A DNA stretch of 64,000 nucleotides. It comes from Dehalococcoidia bacterium (GTDB lineage: Bacteria > Chloroflexota > Dehalococcoidia > DSTF01 > WHTK01). The notes below the pieces were generated by a model. The model saw nothing but the letters and a program-made list of their open reading frames with translations, searched no databases and had not been told where the DNA came from. Positions 1 through 10,248 of this stretch are shown here, piece after piece. Location of the stretch: the NCBI GenBank assembly GCA_035714925.1, contig DASTLN010000126.1:5106-69105 (forward strand), in the 5' to 3' direction. Made by a program: the position numbers and the translations under genes. How positions within the stretch are numbered: the first letter of the stretch is position 1; the number at the start of each line of letters is the position of its first letter.

Positions 1-1
1 C

Positions 2-382
2 GACGACTACATAAGCCTGCACGAGCAGCTCGGGCGGCACTTCGAGCGCAGCGTCAACTCGCTGCCCATCGCCGTGAACATGCCGGACGACTTCCTGGTA
101 CTGACCTACGCCGCCATCGGCCTGGCGGTCCTCTTCGTTTTCCGCATGGAGCTGTTCGAGGATCGCGCCTCGGCGACGCTGCTGCAGCTGGCGGCAATCG
201 CCTCTTTCGTCATGGTCACTACCGACGCGTTCGCGACGAAGCGCGCGCTGCTGGCGCTGGAGTATCCGTCTCAGACGCTCGCCAACGGCTTGCTGCTGCT
301 GGCGTTTGGGGTGCGCTACCTGGAGGTGACGGCGCCTGAGCGCACCTCGGCCTCCGCCAGAGTGGAGGTGGCGCCGGGATGA
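2..382 (+). CDS. 5'-truncated hypothetical membrane protein; its TGA stop overlaps the ATG of the next gene (ATGA)
   Basis: Open frame runs from the window edge in the same frame as track ORF 74..382. Hydrophobic segments are present. ATGA stop/start overlap with the PhoD-like gene suggests translational coupling. No recognisable family. Confidence 0.4.
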   Translation, partial: DDYISLHEQLGRHFERSVNSLPIAVNMPDDFLVLTYAAIGLAVLFVFRMELFEDRASATLLQLAAIASFVMVTTDAFATKRALLALEYPSQTLANGLLLLAFGVRYLEVTAPERTSASARVEVAPG

Positions 383-2082
383 GGCTGAACCGAGGCGCCA
401 CTTCTATCCTGTTGACGACGGCCCGGCTTTCGGCGTTTGCGGCGAGCCTGACCTTCGCCGCGCTTGCGGTGGCGCAGGGGCCGCCGGTTTCACCTGAGGG
501 GCCGGGGATTGAGCGCGACATCCAGTACGTTTTTGTCGGCGTCGGCATCGTATCGACGCTGCTCGCCTGGTGGCGGCCGCTGCAGGGCGGATGGCTGCTG
601 GTAGTGACCGGCGTCGCGCTGGGGATTGCGGCGGCGGGGCGTTACACGGAGCAGACGGCGCTGCTCGTCGCGCTGCTGTTCGTTGCTCCCGGGGTGCTGT
701 TCCTGCTTGCCGGGACATCAGGCCACCGCCTCGCCTTGCGGCTAACCTACGCCGCGGCCGTCTGTCTGGTCATGGCTTACGGGGGCTTCGAGGCGCAATC
801 GCGTCACGATCAGGCATTCGGGCCGGCGCACCCACAATCGGAGCTCCGGCAGGCCCCCTATGGGGATGTCGAATGGGTCTGGAGCGGCGGAGTCACCTCT
901 ACCGGCGCGACAGTCACGGCACGATTAATTGAAGGCGCGCACGAAGCCCGTCTCCTGCTTCGCCCTGACGAATCGTTGAGCGCGCCGGTGAGCTCGCCGG
1001 TCGTGGGCGCAGACGGTGACGGCATCGTCAGGTTGCGCGTCGATAGTCTGCAGGCCGACACGCTCTACCACTACGCCGTGGAGGTTGATGGTACGGTCGA
1101 TAGTCTGCGGCGCGGCACGCTGCGGACCTTCCCGGAAGGCGCCGCGACCTTCTCGATCGTTGTCGGGGCATGCGTGCGCACGGGCTCCAACGGCGCCGTG
1201 TTCGACGCGCTCCGCGCCGAGGACGCGCTCCTTTACCTGATAACCGGAGACGCGAATTACGAGAACATCACGAACGGCAACATGGATCGCTTCCAGGACG
1301 CCTATCAGACGATGCTGACCTCACCGGCACAGGCCGCGCTCTACCGCGAGACGCCGGTCGCTTACACCTGGGACGACCACGACTTCGGTGGTAGCAACTC
1401 GACGGCGAGCTCGCCGTCGCGGGAGGCGGCGCGCCTGAGCTATCGCCAGAATGTACCGCACTACCCGCTGGCGGCGGGCGATGGCAACTCGGCAATCTAC
1501 CAGGCCTTCTCGGCGGGCCGGGTCCGCTTCGTTCTCCTCGACACGCGGTCGATGCGCAACGAGGAACAGTTGGCGGATGGCAGCCGTAGCCTCCTGGGTG
1601 CCCGGCAGCGCGAATGGCTGAAGCAGGAGCTTGTGAGCGCAAGCCGAACCCATGCGCTCGTCGTGCTGGTGAGTTCGGTGCCGTGGATAGCGGCCGAGTC
1701 GGCTTCTGGGGACGACTGGGGTGGCTACGCGACGGAGCGCCGGGAAATCGCCGACTTCATTGCGGACCAGGGCATCACCAATCTCATGCTGCTCGCAGGC
1801 GACGCCCACATGCTGGGGATCGACGACGGTACGAACTCGGACTACTCCAGCGATCGTGGCGGCGCGGGCTTCCCTGTCATGCACGCAGCGGCGCTTGACC
1901 GCCCCGGCTCTGAGAAGGGCGGTCCCTACAGCGAGGGCGCCTTCCCGGGCGCCGGCCAGTACGGTCTGGTGACATTCCACGACGACGGCGAAAGGATGAC
2001 GGTGGAGCTGCGCGGACGCAACTGGCTTGGCGAAGACATCGTGACCTTCAGCTTCGCTATTGCAGCCGGCCATTTGCCCTGA
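379..2082 (+). CDS. PhoD-like phosphatase (alkaline phosphatase D / metallophosphoesterase) with N-terminal multi-TM region
   Basis: 567 aa. N-terminal ~130 aa are hydrophobic helices. C-terminal region has PhoD-like motifs (GDANYEN..., WDDHDFGGSNS, LLAGDAHM). Confidence 0.8.
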   Translation: MRLNRGATSILLTTARLSAFAASLTFAALAVAQGPPVSPEGPGIERDIQYVFVGVGIVSTLLAWWRPLQGGWLLVVTGVALGIAAAGRYTEQTALLVALLFVAPGVLFLLAGTSGHRLALRLTYAAAVCLVMAYGGFEAQSRHDQAFGPAHPQSELRQAPYGDVEWVWSGGVTSTGATVTARLIEGAHEARLLLRPDESLSAPVSSPVVGADGDGIVRLRVDSLQADTLYHYAVEVDGTVDSLRRGTLRTFPEGAATFSIVVGACVRTGSNGAVFDALRAEDALLYLITGDANYENITNGNMDRFQDAYQTMLTSPAQAALYRETPVAYTWDDHDFGGSNSTASSPSREAARLSYRQNVPHYPLAAGDGNSAIYQAFSAGRVRFVLLDTRSMRNEEQLADGSRSLLGARQREWLKQELVSASRTHALVVLVSSVPWIAAESASGDDWGGYATERREIADFIADQGITNLMLLAGDAHMLGIDDGTNSDYSSDRGGAGFPVMHAAALDRPGSEKGGPYSEGAFPGAGQYGLVTFHDDGERMTVELRGRNWLGEDIVTFSFAIAAGHLP

Positions 2083-2335
2083 GATCCGCCCTCGATCGCC
2101 CGATGTCGAGTTCCTCGCTCAGCGCCCGGTGTGCCAGCGGCGGGTTGCAGGCGCCAATGATGTCGTAGCGGCGAAAATCGACGCCCAGCTTCGGCTGCAG
2201 CGTCTCCTTGATGTCGATCTCGGTGAGGACGCCAAAGCCCTCCGCCTTGAGAGCGTCCTTCGTCGTGGTAAGCGCTTCATCGTAGGTAAAGAGGCCGCGT
2301 GTTCGCTGCTGCATGACTTCACCTCCATCGACCAT
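2057..2335 (-). CDS. DUF302 family protein, apparently C-terminally truncated (convergent 26-nt overlap with the phoD-like gene)
   Basis: 92 aa matching the DUF302 core (GFGVLTEIDIKETL...VDFRRYDIIGACNPPLAHRAL). Ends before the conserved C-terminal segment. Possibly a pseudogene or short variant. Confidence 0.45.
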   Translation of the reverse strand: MVDGGEVMQQRTRGLFTYDEALTTTKDALKAEGFGVLTEIDIKETLQPKLGVDFRRYDIIGACNPPLAHRALSEELDIGRSRADLRANGRLQ

Positions 2336-2408
2336 CTTCAGGCTGGCCTGCTGCCGCAGCGAGAACGCGGGTCAAGGGTCGCGAAATCGGGGCTGTTCGG
2401 CCCCAGAA

Positions 2409-3266
2409 TCACGTGGCAGCGGCATTGCGGCGGTAGATAAACCAGTAGACCGCGCCGACCAGAAGACCGCCGCCGACGAGGTTGCCGACCGTCACGGGCA
2501 GGAGGTTGTTGAGCAGGAAGCTGCCCCAATCCAGCTCCTCGAGCGCGCCGGAATTGAGGCCTGCGGCGACCAGGACCGCGTCCTGCGACTTTAGCAGCAG
2601 CCCCAGCGGGATGAAATACATGTTGGCGACGCTGTGCTCGTAGCCACTGGCGACGAACGCGGTGATCGGGAAGACGACGGCGATTGCCTTGTCCAGGTTG
2701 CTGCGCGCGCTGTAGGTTAACCAAATCGCGAGGCAGACCAGCCCATTGCAGAGTACGCCGAGGAAGAAGGCTTCTTCGAAGCCCAGGTTGACTTTGGCGT
2801 TGGCGATCCGCAGGGCGTTGGCGCCGACGTCGTAATCAGCGAAGCGCCACTGGCCCGACAGCGCCACGAGTATCGCCGTCGCGACCGAGCCGACGAAATT
2901 GCCGGCGTAGACCACCACCCAGACACGGAGCAGCTGCGCCGTGCTGACGCGGTTGCCGGCCCAGGCCATGACCATCAGGTTGTTGCCGGTGAACAGCTCG
3001 GCGCCGGCTGTGACGACGAGGATGAGGCCAAGGCTGAAGGCGACACCGCCTAGCAAACGCGCCGGGCCGTAACCAAGGTCCGTCGATGTCGTGACGGTGG
3101 TGAAGAAATTGGCGCCCAGCCCAATGAAAGCGCCAGCGAGGACCGCTAGCGCCGCCAAGTTGAGCAGCGGCAGACCGGCCTTGGCGGCGCCGATCGACTC
3201 GGCGCGGGCCGCCATTTCGGCGGGCAACAGTGGGTCGAGCGAGGCGTGCTCGGGCGGCCCGTTCAC
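2409..3266 (-). CDS. formate/nitrite transporter (FNT family, FocA/NirC-like)
   Basis: 285 aa, 6-TM FNT signature (FTGNNLMV..., GYEHSVANMYFIP). ATGA overlap with the upstream CoA-transferase gene. Confidence 0.85.
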   Translation of the reverse strand: MNGPPEHASLDPLLPAEMAARAESIGAAKAGLPLLNLAALAVLAGAFIGLGANFFTTVTTSTDLGYGPARLLGGVAFSLGLILVVTAGAELFTGNNLMVMAWAGNRVSTAQLLRVWVVVYAGNFVGSVATAILVALSGQWRFADYDVGANALRIANAKVNLGFEEAFFLGVLCNGLVCLAIWLTYSARSNLDKAIAVVFPITAFVASGYEHSVANMYFIPLGLLLKSQDAVLVAAGLNSGALEELDWGSFLLNNLLPVTVGNLVGGGLLVGAVYWFIYRRNAAAT

Positions 3267-4546
3267 AGCAGGTGAAGGCTCCGCGCCGAGGCGGCAAGCT
3301 CGTCACGAAACGCTGGATGCGCGATGTCGATCAGTCCCCTTGCTCTTTCCCGCAGCGTGCGCCCATGCAGACTCGCGATGCCGTACTCCGTAATGACGTA
3401 CTGCACGTCGCCACGCGTCGTCACCACTCCGGCCCCCGGCTGCAGCTCTGACACAATGCGCGAAATGCTTCCGCCGCGCGCCGTGGACGGCATTGCGATT
3501 ATCGCTCTTCCACCTCGCGAGCGAGCGGCACCGCGTACGAAATCCAGCTGACCACCAATGCCGCTGTACAACACGTGGCCCATGCTGTCGGCGCATACTT
3601 GGCCTGTCAGATCGATCTCAATCGCCGAGTTGATCGACACCATCCGATCGTTACGCGCGATCAAGAACGGGTCGTTGGTAAACGTCGTGGCGTGCATCTC
3701 TATCATCGGGTTGTCGTCGACGAAGTCGTACAGACGACGTGAGCCAATAACGAAGGACGCGACGACCTTGCCGGGGTGGTAGCTCTTGGCTGAGCCGTCG
3801 ACTGCGCCGCCCTCGATCAAGTCCAGCAGGCCGTCGGAGAACATCTCCGTGTGTACCCCCAGTCGCTTGTGCCCCGTCAGCGAAGCGAGTACGGCATTCG
3901 GGATTGTGCCGATCCCTGTCTGAATCGTTGCGCCATCCTCGATTAGCGAGACAACGTGGCGCCCGATACTGAGCGCCACTTCGTCCGGTTCAGGACAGGA
4001 TACTTCGGTCAATTCCGCCGTCGACTCGACGAGGTAATCGATCTGCGAGACGTGAAGAAAGCTATCGCCGTGCGTCCGGGGCATGCGCGGGTTGACCTGT
4101 GCGATCACGGTGCGTGCGGCCAACGAAGCCGGACGTGCGCAGTCGACCGAGATACCCAGGCTGCAGTAACCCGATTGGTCCGGCGGCGAGACCTGGATCA
4201 GTGCGACGTCGAGTGGCAGGGTGGTCTCGAATAGGTTTGGGACATCGGATAGCAGGACCGGCGTCACGTCTGCTCTTCCTTCCCGTACAGCCTCTCGCGC
4301 GTTCGCCCCGACGAAGAGCGCGTTGTGGCGAAAATGTCCTGTCATCTCCGGCCTCGTGTAGGGCGCCGGCCCTTCGGTATGCAGGTGGACGATCTCGACG
4401 TCCCGCAGCTCGTCCTTGCGGGCCATCAGCGCTTCCACCAGCGCGAACGGCACCGCGCAACCGCCCTGCACATAGACACGGTGACCTGTCTCGACCACCG
4501 CGAGCGCTTCTGCTGCAAATACGGTTCGTGACCCTGGACCTGCCAT
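3263..4546 (-). CDS. acetyl-CoA hydrolase/transferase family protein (Cat1/ScpC-like CoA-transferase)
   Basis: 427 aa with family-typical conserved blocks (GIGTIPNAVL..., EMFSDGLLDL). Co-operonic with the FNT channel. Confidence 0.85.
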   Translation of the reverse strand: MAGPGSRTVFAAEALAVVETGHRVYVQGGCAVPFALVEALMARKDELRDVEIVHLHTEGPAPYTRPEMTGHFRHNALFVGANAREAVREGRADVTPVLLSDVPNLFETTLPLDVALIQVSPPDQSGYCSLGISVDCARPASLAARTVIAQVNPRMPRTHGDSFLHVSQIDYLVESTAELTEVSCPEPDEVALSIGRHVVSLIEDGATIQTGIGTIPNAVLASLTGHKRLGVHTEMFSDGLLDLIEGGAVDGSAKSYHPGKVVASFVIGSRRLYDFVDDNPMIEMHATTFTNDPFLIARNDRMVSINSAIEIDLTGQVCADSMGHVLYSGIGGQLDFVRGAARSRGGRAIIAMPSTARGGSISRIVSELQPGAGVVTTRGDVQYVITEYGIASLHGRTLRERARGLIDIAHPAFRDELAASARSLHLL

Positions 4547-4849
4547 GCCGTAATGCTACCAGCGCGGCGGCTTGACGCGCGCAGGGGCCGTTTGGCCCAC
4601 TGCCTGACGACTTCTGGCCCCTGACCTGCCGCCACACCCGGTCCAGACTACGAGCATCCGGCATGGCCCTACGGGCCGTGCCGGAAGAACGGAGGGACGA
4701 AATGGCAATCATCCGACATCAGCAGTACAGACGGCCCGCTGGCCCGCCCCACATTCCTCACATCGAGCAGCTAGCACTGCATGCGGCCATCCTCACGCTC
4801 GTAGCGATAGTGGTCCTCCTGACGCTGCTGGGCTAGGGCGAGTTCTGCC

Positions 4850-5590
4850 GTGACCGCGTTAGCGACACCTGTTTCTATCGAGTCGGCAGCATCGGCACCA
4901 ACCGGCGCGATGGTGCGCGCCGTCGGCGTGACCAAGGTCTATGACACCGGACATGTCAAGGTCGACGCACTGCGAGGTATAGACCTCGACATCCAGTGCG
5001 GCGAGATGGTCGCCATTATGGGGCCGTCCGGCTGCGGCAAGACAACGCTGCTTAACTGCCTCTCGGGCCTTGACGCGCTCTCGGGCGGCGACGTCCTGAT
5101 CGAAGGCACATCGCTTAAATCGATGAGCGATCGTCAGCGCACGCGCTACCGCGCGCGTCGCATGGGCTTCATATTCCAGTTCTACAACCTGCTGGCCGTC
5201 CTGACAGCGGCCGAGAACGTCGAGATGCCGCTGTTGCTAACCGGCGTGCCGACGAAGGAGGCGCGGTCGCGAGCTCTGGATGTCCTCGACCTGGTCGGCC
5301 TGCGTATGCGGGCCGACCAGCGGCCGGGTGAGCTGTCCGGCGGTGAGCGCCAGCGTGTCACGATCGCCCGCGCGCTGGTCAACGATCCCGCGATTGTCTG
5401 GGCGGACGAGCCCACCGGCGACCTCGACAGCACAAACGCCGAGGAGATCATCAACTTGATGTGCCGCCTCAACCGAGAGCGCGACGTGACATTCGCGCTC
5501 GTCACGCACGATATCAGCATCGGCCGCCGGGCCCATCGCATCGTCCGCATGATGGACGGTCGAATTGTGGATGAGGTCATCCCAGCCTAG
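4850..5590 (+). CDS. ABC transporter ATP-binding protein (MacB/LolD/FtsE-like)
   Basis: Walker [10 protein letters not shown], signature LSGGERQR, Walker B. Start is GTG at 4850 or an internal ATG at 4910. Confidence 0.85.
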   Translation: MTALATPVSIESAASAPTGAMVRAVGVTKVYDTGHVKVDALRGIDLDIQCGEMVAIMGPSGCGKTTLLNCLSGLDALSGGDVLIEGTSLKSMSDRQRTRYRARRMGFIFQFYNLLAVLTAAENVEMPLLLTGVPTKEARSRALDVLDLVGLRMRADQRPGELSGGERQRVTIARALVNDPAIVWADEPTGDLDSTNAEEIINLMCRLNRERDVTFALVTHDISIGRRAHRIVRMMDGRIVDEVIPA

Positions 5591-5598
5591 GAGGCTCC

Positions 5599-5934
5599 AT
5601 GCAAGCACGCGTCACGCTATTCGAGATCGACATACTGCGAATCAGCCTGGCCGACGCGCTGCTGCTGTTTAAGCAGCGCGTTCTGCCCCGGCTCCGGGCC
5701 CACCCGGAGTGTGAAGGAGTGATGGCGCTGGAGACGTCGGAAGGCAAAGGGATGCTGATCAGCTTCTGGACCACGGCCGAAGCCGCGGACGAGGCGCTTA
5801 AGAGCGGCTTCTACGACGAGCAGGTTGCCGAGTTCACCATGTTCCTGCGCCAGGCGCCCGGCCGCGAAAATTACGAGGTTGCGTTGCATGAAATGAACTC
5901 GGCGTGCAAGGCGGAAGGAGCTGCCAGCCCATGA
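5599..5934 (+). CDS. small hypothetical protein (ABM/Dabb-like fold?) translationally coupled between the ABC ATPase and the FtsX permease
   Basis: 111 aa ORF 8 nt after the ATPase stop. Its TGA overlaps the ATG of the permease (ATGA). Confidence 0.5.
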   Translation: MQARVTLFEIDILRISLADALLLFKQRVLPRLRAHPECEGVMALETSEGKGMLISFWTTAEAADEALKSGFYDEQVAEFTMFLRQAPGRENYEVALHEMNSACKAEGAASP

Positions 5935-8927
5935 ATGAGCTGTTCGGCATCCCGATGAGCATCCTCATGTGGGTGTTCAGCGGTGGCCTCCTGGCAGTCG
6001 TCCTCTGGTCGGTGTTCCTGGCGCTGCGCCAGCCCGTCCTGTTCCGCCTCTCGGCGCGCAACATCCCGCGGCGCTGGGGCCGTTCGTTGCTCATCATTGC
6101 CGGCCTGACGCTTGCGACGACGATTATCACGTCCGCGCTCGGCACGGGCGACACAATCGCTCTCTCAGCGCGCGGGACGGTGCTCAGAGCCCTCGGCAAC
6201 ATCGATGAGGTCGTCTCCTCGACCGAGGAGAGCGACATCGAGATCACCGGGGAAGCCGTCACCCTGCAGTACTTTGATGAAGCCCACTTGGATGAGATCC
6301 GCAAAGCTGCGCTGCAGTCGCCTGAAGTCGACGGCGTGGCACCGGCCATTTTGGAAGAAGTCGGCGCCCAAAACCTGACCCGTCGCCAGACGGAGCCAAG
6401 GCTCAGCGTCATAGGCGTGGATGCGCGCTACATGGACGGATTCGGCACCATTCGCAACCTGCAAGGCGAGGCGATTGACCTTGCTTCCCTAGCGCCGGGC
6501 GATGTCCTGCTCAACAAAGAAGCGTCAAATGAGCTGCAAGCACAGCCGGGCGATCAGATCGTTCTCTACTCGCCCACCGGTCAATTGCCGGCGCACGTCC
6601 GCGACGTGATCGACTACGACGGGATCGGCACGCCGGACGCCGGGCTCCTGATGCCACTCGCCGATGTACAAGCCTTGTTCGACAAAGCCGGACTCATCAA
6701 GCACGTTGTGATCTCCAATCGCGGCGATTCAAAGAGCGGTGTGAACCACACCGATTCGGTCATCGCCAGCATAAAGCCAACGCTGGACCGCCTCGGGTTG
6801 GCCGTTGAACCGACGAAGCGGGAGGACCTCAAGAGCGCCGATGAAGCTGGAGCTCTGTTTAGCACCTTCTTCATCACATTCGGCAGCTTCTCCATCGCAG
6901 CGGGCATCCTGCTGATCTTCCTGCTCTTTGTCATGCTGGCGGGCGAGCGCAAGCCGGAGATGGGAATCGCGCGGGCGATAGGGACCGAGCGTGTGCACCT
7001 TGTCGAGCTGTTCATGTTCGAGGGCCTACTCTATGACGTGGTGGCTGCCGCGGTCGGGGCGCTGGCTGGCGTCGGCGTGGCTTACGTCATGGTCTGGATG
7101 CTCAGCGCGGCGATTTCAGATCTCGGCAACGTCGAGATTCGCTTCGCGATCAGCGCCCGGAGCCTGATCACCGCCTACTCGATGGGTGTTGTGCTGACCT
7201 TCCTCGTCGTGACGATATCCGCCTGGCGAGTCAGCCTGTTGAACATCGTTACCGCCATCCGCAACCTTCCGGAGCCTGTGGGTAGTGGTGGCGGGCGCGC
7301 CTCGTTGGTCTGGGGCGGGATCGCTATTGCTGCCGGCGCCTTGCTGATCTGGACGGGATTGTCCAGCGAGCAGGCAACGCCGTTCTATCTCGGCATCTCG
7401 CTGCTCTTGCTCTCAACAATCCCGCTGCTGCGCCGGGCCGGCTCGCCGGATCGACTTGCGTTCACGCTCGCGGGAGCGTCGATCGTCATCCTCTGGCTGC
7501 TTCCCTGGCGTGTCGCGGAGTCGATCGCCGGAGAGCTGTCGATGGACTTCAACATCTGGATCGCGGGCGGGCTGATAACCGTGACGGGGGTGACCTGGGT
7601 CGTCATGTATAACTCAGACCTGGTCGTGGCCGGCGCACTCGCCACGTTGGGCCGCCTTAGGGGGTTCGCGCCGATCCTGAGGACGGCGCTGACTTACCCG
7701 CTGACCAACCGCTTCCGCACCGGCGTCACGATGGCTATGTTCACGTTGGTCGTGTTCACGCTCGTCATTGGCGGCACCGTGACCACGGCCTTTACCGAGG
7801 CGTTCAACGACGTAGGCCTGTTTGGCGGCGGCTTCGATATCCGCGCCAGTACCGTCCAAGTCAACCCGATACCAAACCTCCAGGCCGCCATCGACCGGAA
7901 CCCGGAACTGCATAAGGCCGACTTCGGCGTGATCGCCTCGCAGAGTCTTGTGCCGATTCAAGCGCGCCAGATGGACACGGACGACACGCCCGGGGCCTAC
8001 CCTCTCAGGGGCCTCAGTGACTCCTTCTTCGACCACACGACCTACGGCATGGCGGCTATTGCCGAGGGCTACGACTCGCCGCTGGCCGTCTGGCAGGCAC
8101 TCAAGAACGACCCGAGCCTGGCGGTGGTCGACGGACTCGTGGTGCCACGACGAGACAACTTCGGCCTCGGCCCGGCCATCCCTGACTTCCACATCAAAGG
8201 CTTCTTCGTGGAGGACGGTACCTTCAAGCCCGTGCTCATAGAGGTGCGCGACCCGCAAACGGGCGCCGCCTATCAACTGACTGTCATCGGTGTGCTGCCT
8301 GACGTGATCCCCGACTACATGATTGGCATTACGACCTCGCAGCGCTTTGTGGATGAGGCTTTCCCGCAGCAGGCGGTCCCGACAGCTCACCTTATCCAGA
8401 TCACGAATTCGGCGGACGTCGGCAGAGTCACTGATGAGCTCGAATCTGCCTTCCTCGCCAACGGCATGGAGGCCACGCAGCTCAGCGAGGACCTTGAGGA
8501 CCTCGTTGCCGTTAACCGCACCTTCAACTACCTGATCCAGGGCTTCATTGGCCTCGGGCTGGTGGTGGGGGTCGCGGCCCTCGGCGTCGTAAGCGCTCGC
8601 AACGTAGTCGAACGACGACAAGAGATCGGCGTCATGCGAGCCATCGGCTTCGAACAGGACCGTGTGCAAATTGGCTTCCTGCTCGAATCGTCCATGGTGG
8701 CGATTGCAGGTATCGTCGTGGGGACCATCCTGGGTCTGATCCTCGCCTACAACATCATCGACGACAGCCGCCAGCAGGCGAGCTGGGCCAACATCGAGTT
8801 CGCCGTGCCATGGCTGAACCTCGCTGTCATCTACGCCGTGGTCCTGGGCGCGGCGCTGCTGACGGCGTACTGGCCGGCTCGCCAAGCCTCGCGCGTCTAC
8901 CCAGCGCAAGCCCTTCGCTACGAATAG
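5931..8927 (+). CDS. ABC transporter permease, FtsX family (duplicated FtsX domains, large extracytoplasmic domains)
   Basis: About 999 aa from ATG at 5931 (track ORF starts at 5904). Two FtsX-type 4-TM modules separated by large soluble domains. Confidence 0.8.
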   Translation: MNELFGIPMSILMWVFSGGLLAVVLWSVFLALRQPVLFRLSARNIPRRWGRSLLIIAGLTLATTIITSALGTGDTIALSARGTVLRALGNIDEVVSSTEESDIEITGEAVTLQYFDEAHLDEIRKAALQSPEVDGVAPAILEEVGAQNLTRRQTEPRLSVIGVDARYMDGFGTIRNLQGEAIDLASLAPGDVLLNKEASNELQAQPGDQIVLYSPTGQLPAHVRDVIDYDGIGTPDAGLLMPLADVQALFDKAGLIKHVVISNRGDSKSGVNHTDSVIASIKPTLDRLGLAVEPTKREDLKSADEAGALFSTFFITFGSFSIAAGILLIFLLFVMLAGERKPEMGIARAIGTERVHLVELFMFEGLLYDVVAAAVGALAGVGVAYVMVWMLSAAISDLGNVEIRFAISARSLITAYSMGVVLTFLVVTISAWRVSLLNIVTAIRNLPEPVGSGGGRASLVWGGIAIAAGALLIWTGLSSEQATPFYLGISLLLLSTIPLLRRAGSPDRLAFTLAGASIVILWLLPWRVAESIAGELSMDFNIWIAGGLITVTGVTWVVMYNSDLVVAGALATLGRLRGFAPILRTALTYPLTNRFRTGVTMAMFTLVVFTLVIGGTVTTAFTEAFNDVGLFGGGFDIRASTVQVNPIPNLQAAIDRNPELHKADFGVIASQSLVPIQARQMDTDDTPGAYPLRGLSDSFFDHTTYGMAAIAEGYDSPLAVWQALKNDPSLAVVDGLVVPRRDNFGLGPAIPDFHIKGFFVEDGTFKPVLIEVRDPQTGAAYQLTVIGVLPDVIPDYMIGITTSQRFVDEAFPQQAVPTAHLIQITNSADVGRVTDELESAFLANGMEATQLSEDLEDLVAVNRTFNYLIQGFIGLGLVVGVAALGVVSARNVVERRQEIGVMRAIGFEQDRVQIGFLLESSMVAIAGIVVGTILGLILAYNIIDDSRQQASWANIEFAVPWLNLAVIYAVVLGAALLTAYWPARQASRVYPAQALRYE

Positions 8928-8985
8928 GCCGAAAGACTGAGCCTCGCCGGGCCTTTCGGCCCTCACCCTGCTTCTTCATTCACAG
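8928..8985 (+). terminator. putative intrinsic terminator after the exporter operon
   Basis: GGCCGAAAG-N17-CTTTCGGCC perfect 9-bp stem directly after the stop, followed by a pyrimidine/T-rich tail. Confidence 0.45.
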
Positions 8986-9060
8986 GAGAATTCGTGCATC
9001 GGATCCCCGTATATCCCGGTCAAGGCGAAAGCCTCCGCCGGCTGGCAGGACAGGCGTCAT

Positions 9061-9300
9061 GTGACGACAACACTGGTTCGACCGACCTTGAAAGTTCCAC
9101 GAAACGTCTACAAGGGGTGTCAGCGGTGCGGGGGCGACCTCGTACTCGATCGTGAAGCCGAGGTGGACCTGCGCGGCAGCGTCGATTACGTTTGCCTGCA
9201 ATGCGGTCGGCACGTGTCGATTCGCGGCGTCCTGCAGCTCTTGGGGGCCGTTCCTCAGCCGCAGCTAACCAGCGCTGTAAATCGCCCAGAGGCCGCCTAG
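9061..9300 (+). CDS. small zinc-ribbon protein (CxxC...CxxC)
   Basis: 79 aa with two CxxC pairs (CQRCGG...CLQCGR). 3' end overlaps the antiporter gene on the opposite strand. Weak RBS. Confidence 0.35.
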   Translation: MTTTLVRPTLKVPRNVYKGCQRCGGDLVLDREAEVDLRGSVDYVCLQCGRHVSIRGVLQLLGAVPQPQLTSAVNRPEAA

Positions 9301-10248
9301 ATACACGGCGAGCATCAGCACTGCCGACATGTCCAGCGGCAGACGGTTACGCTCCGCCCGTAGCACGATCGCCATCGTGCCGATCGCCATCAGCAGGATC
9401 GCCGTCGACGCTGCGGTCAGCAGGCCCGGGTCCAGGTGGTCCAGGATGGACCCGCTGCCATAAGCGATGTCCAGCGGCAGGAGCAGCGCCATGTTGGTTG
9501 CGTTGCTGCCCAGGAGGTTGGCGATAGCCAGGTTCTGGGCGCCGATGCGCAGCGCCACGATTGAGACGGATAGCTCGGGCAAGGACGTCACGAGAGCCAG
9601 AGAGAACGAGCCGAAGAAGGTCTCGCCGACGCCGGTGCTTTCTGCTAGGTTATCGGCGCTCGCAGCGAGTTGCGGTCCAGCGGCGAGGATGGCCGCGGCC
9701 GCGACAACGAATCCGACCTGGGCGACTTTGAGAGAGATTTCGGCGGCGACGCCCCTTCCCTCCTCGTCAGGCGCGGCGCTCTGCTGACGCTCCTTGATAG
9801 CGTAGGTGCCGGCGAAGAAGACGGCGGTTACGAGTAACGGACCGAGACTGACGTAGCCGATCGAAGGCAGCGATCCGGACGATGCCAGCAGGACTACGAG
9901 CGCGGTCAGGCCGACCGCAAGCATCGCGGTGAGGACGTTTTCGAGGGCAGCGCGCTGCAGAAGCCTTCGGGTGGTGAAGGCAATCGTAACGGCGCCGAGG
10001 ATCGCCATGTTTGCCATCGAGCTGCCGAAGAGATCGCCAAGGGCGAGGGCGGGGGCTCCCCGCCTTACCGCCGAGACGTCGGTGACGAGTTCCGGTAGCG
10101 AGGTTACGAGGGCTACCGCCACCGCGCCGAACCAGAGCGCATTCAGATCGGTCCGCCTGACAATGACCTCGGCGCAGATCGCGAGCGCTGAGCCCGCGAC
10201 GATGATCACGGCAGCGGAGAGCGCGAACAGGAGCCAGTCCAGGGTCAT
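9265..10248 (-). CDS. Ca2+/cation antiporter (CaCA family, YrbG-like Na+/Ca2+ exchanger)
   Basis: Real start is the internal ATG at 10248 (MTLDWLLFAL...). The upstream 149 codons of the track ORF are Arg-rich junk overlapping ald. Two alpha-repeat regions (GDLFGSSMANM, ANLLGSNATN). ATG shares one nucleotide with the ald stop (TAATG). Confidence 0.8.
   Translation of the reverse strand: MTLDWLLFALSAAVIIVAGSALAICAEVIVRRTDLNALWFGAVAVALVTSLPELVTDVSAVRRGAPALALGDLFGSSMANMAILGAVTIAFTTRRLLQRAALENVLTAMLAVGLTALVVLLASSGSLPSIGYVSLGPLLVTAVFFAGTYAIKERQQSAAPDEEGRGVAAEISLKVAQVGFVVAAAAILAAGPQLAASADNLAESTGVGETFFGSFSLALVTSLPELSVSIVALRIGAQNLAIANLLGSNATNMALLLPLDIAYGSGSILDHLDPGLLTAASTAILLMAIGTMAIVLRAERNRLPLDMSAVLMLAVYLGGLWAIYSAG

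Noticed and set aside
219-2073. Many overlapping Arg/Ala/Pro-rich ORFs on the opposite strand or off-frame (e.g. 219..548-, 404..718-, 1321..2073-). Similar ORFs occur throughout the window (5182..5580-, 7614..8966-, 21645..22445+, 21835..22578- and others).
   Set aside because: Typical high-GC antisense or off-frame artefacts. They overlap well-supported genes, have no RBS, and show skewed Arg/Pro/Gly composition.
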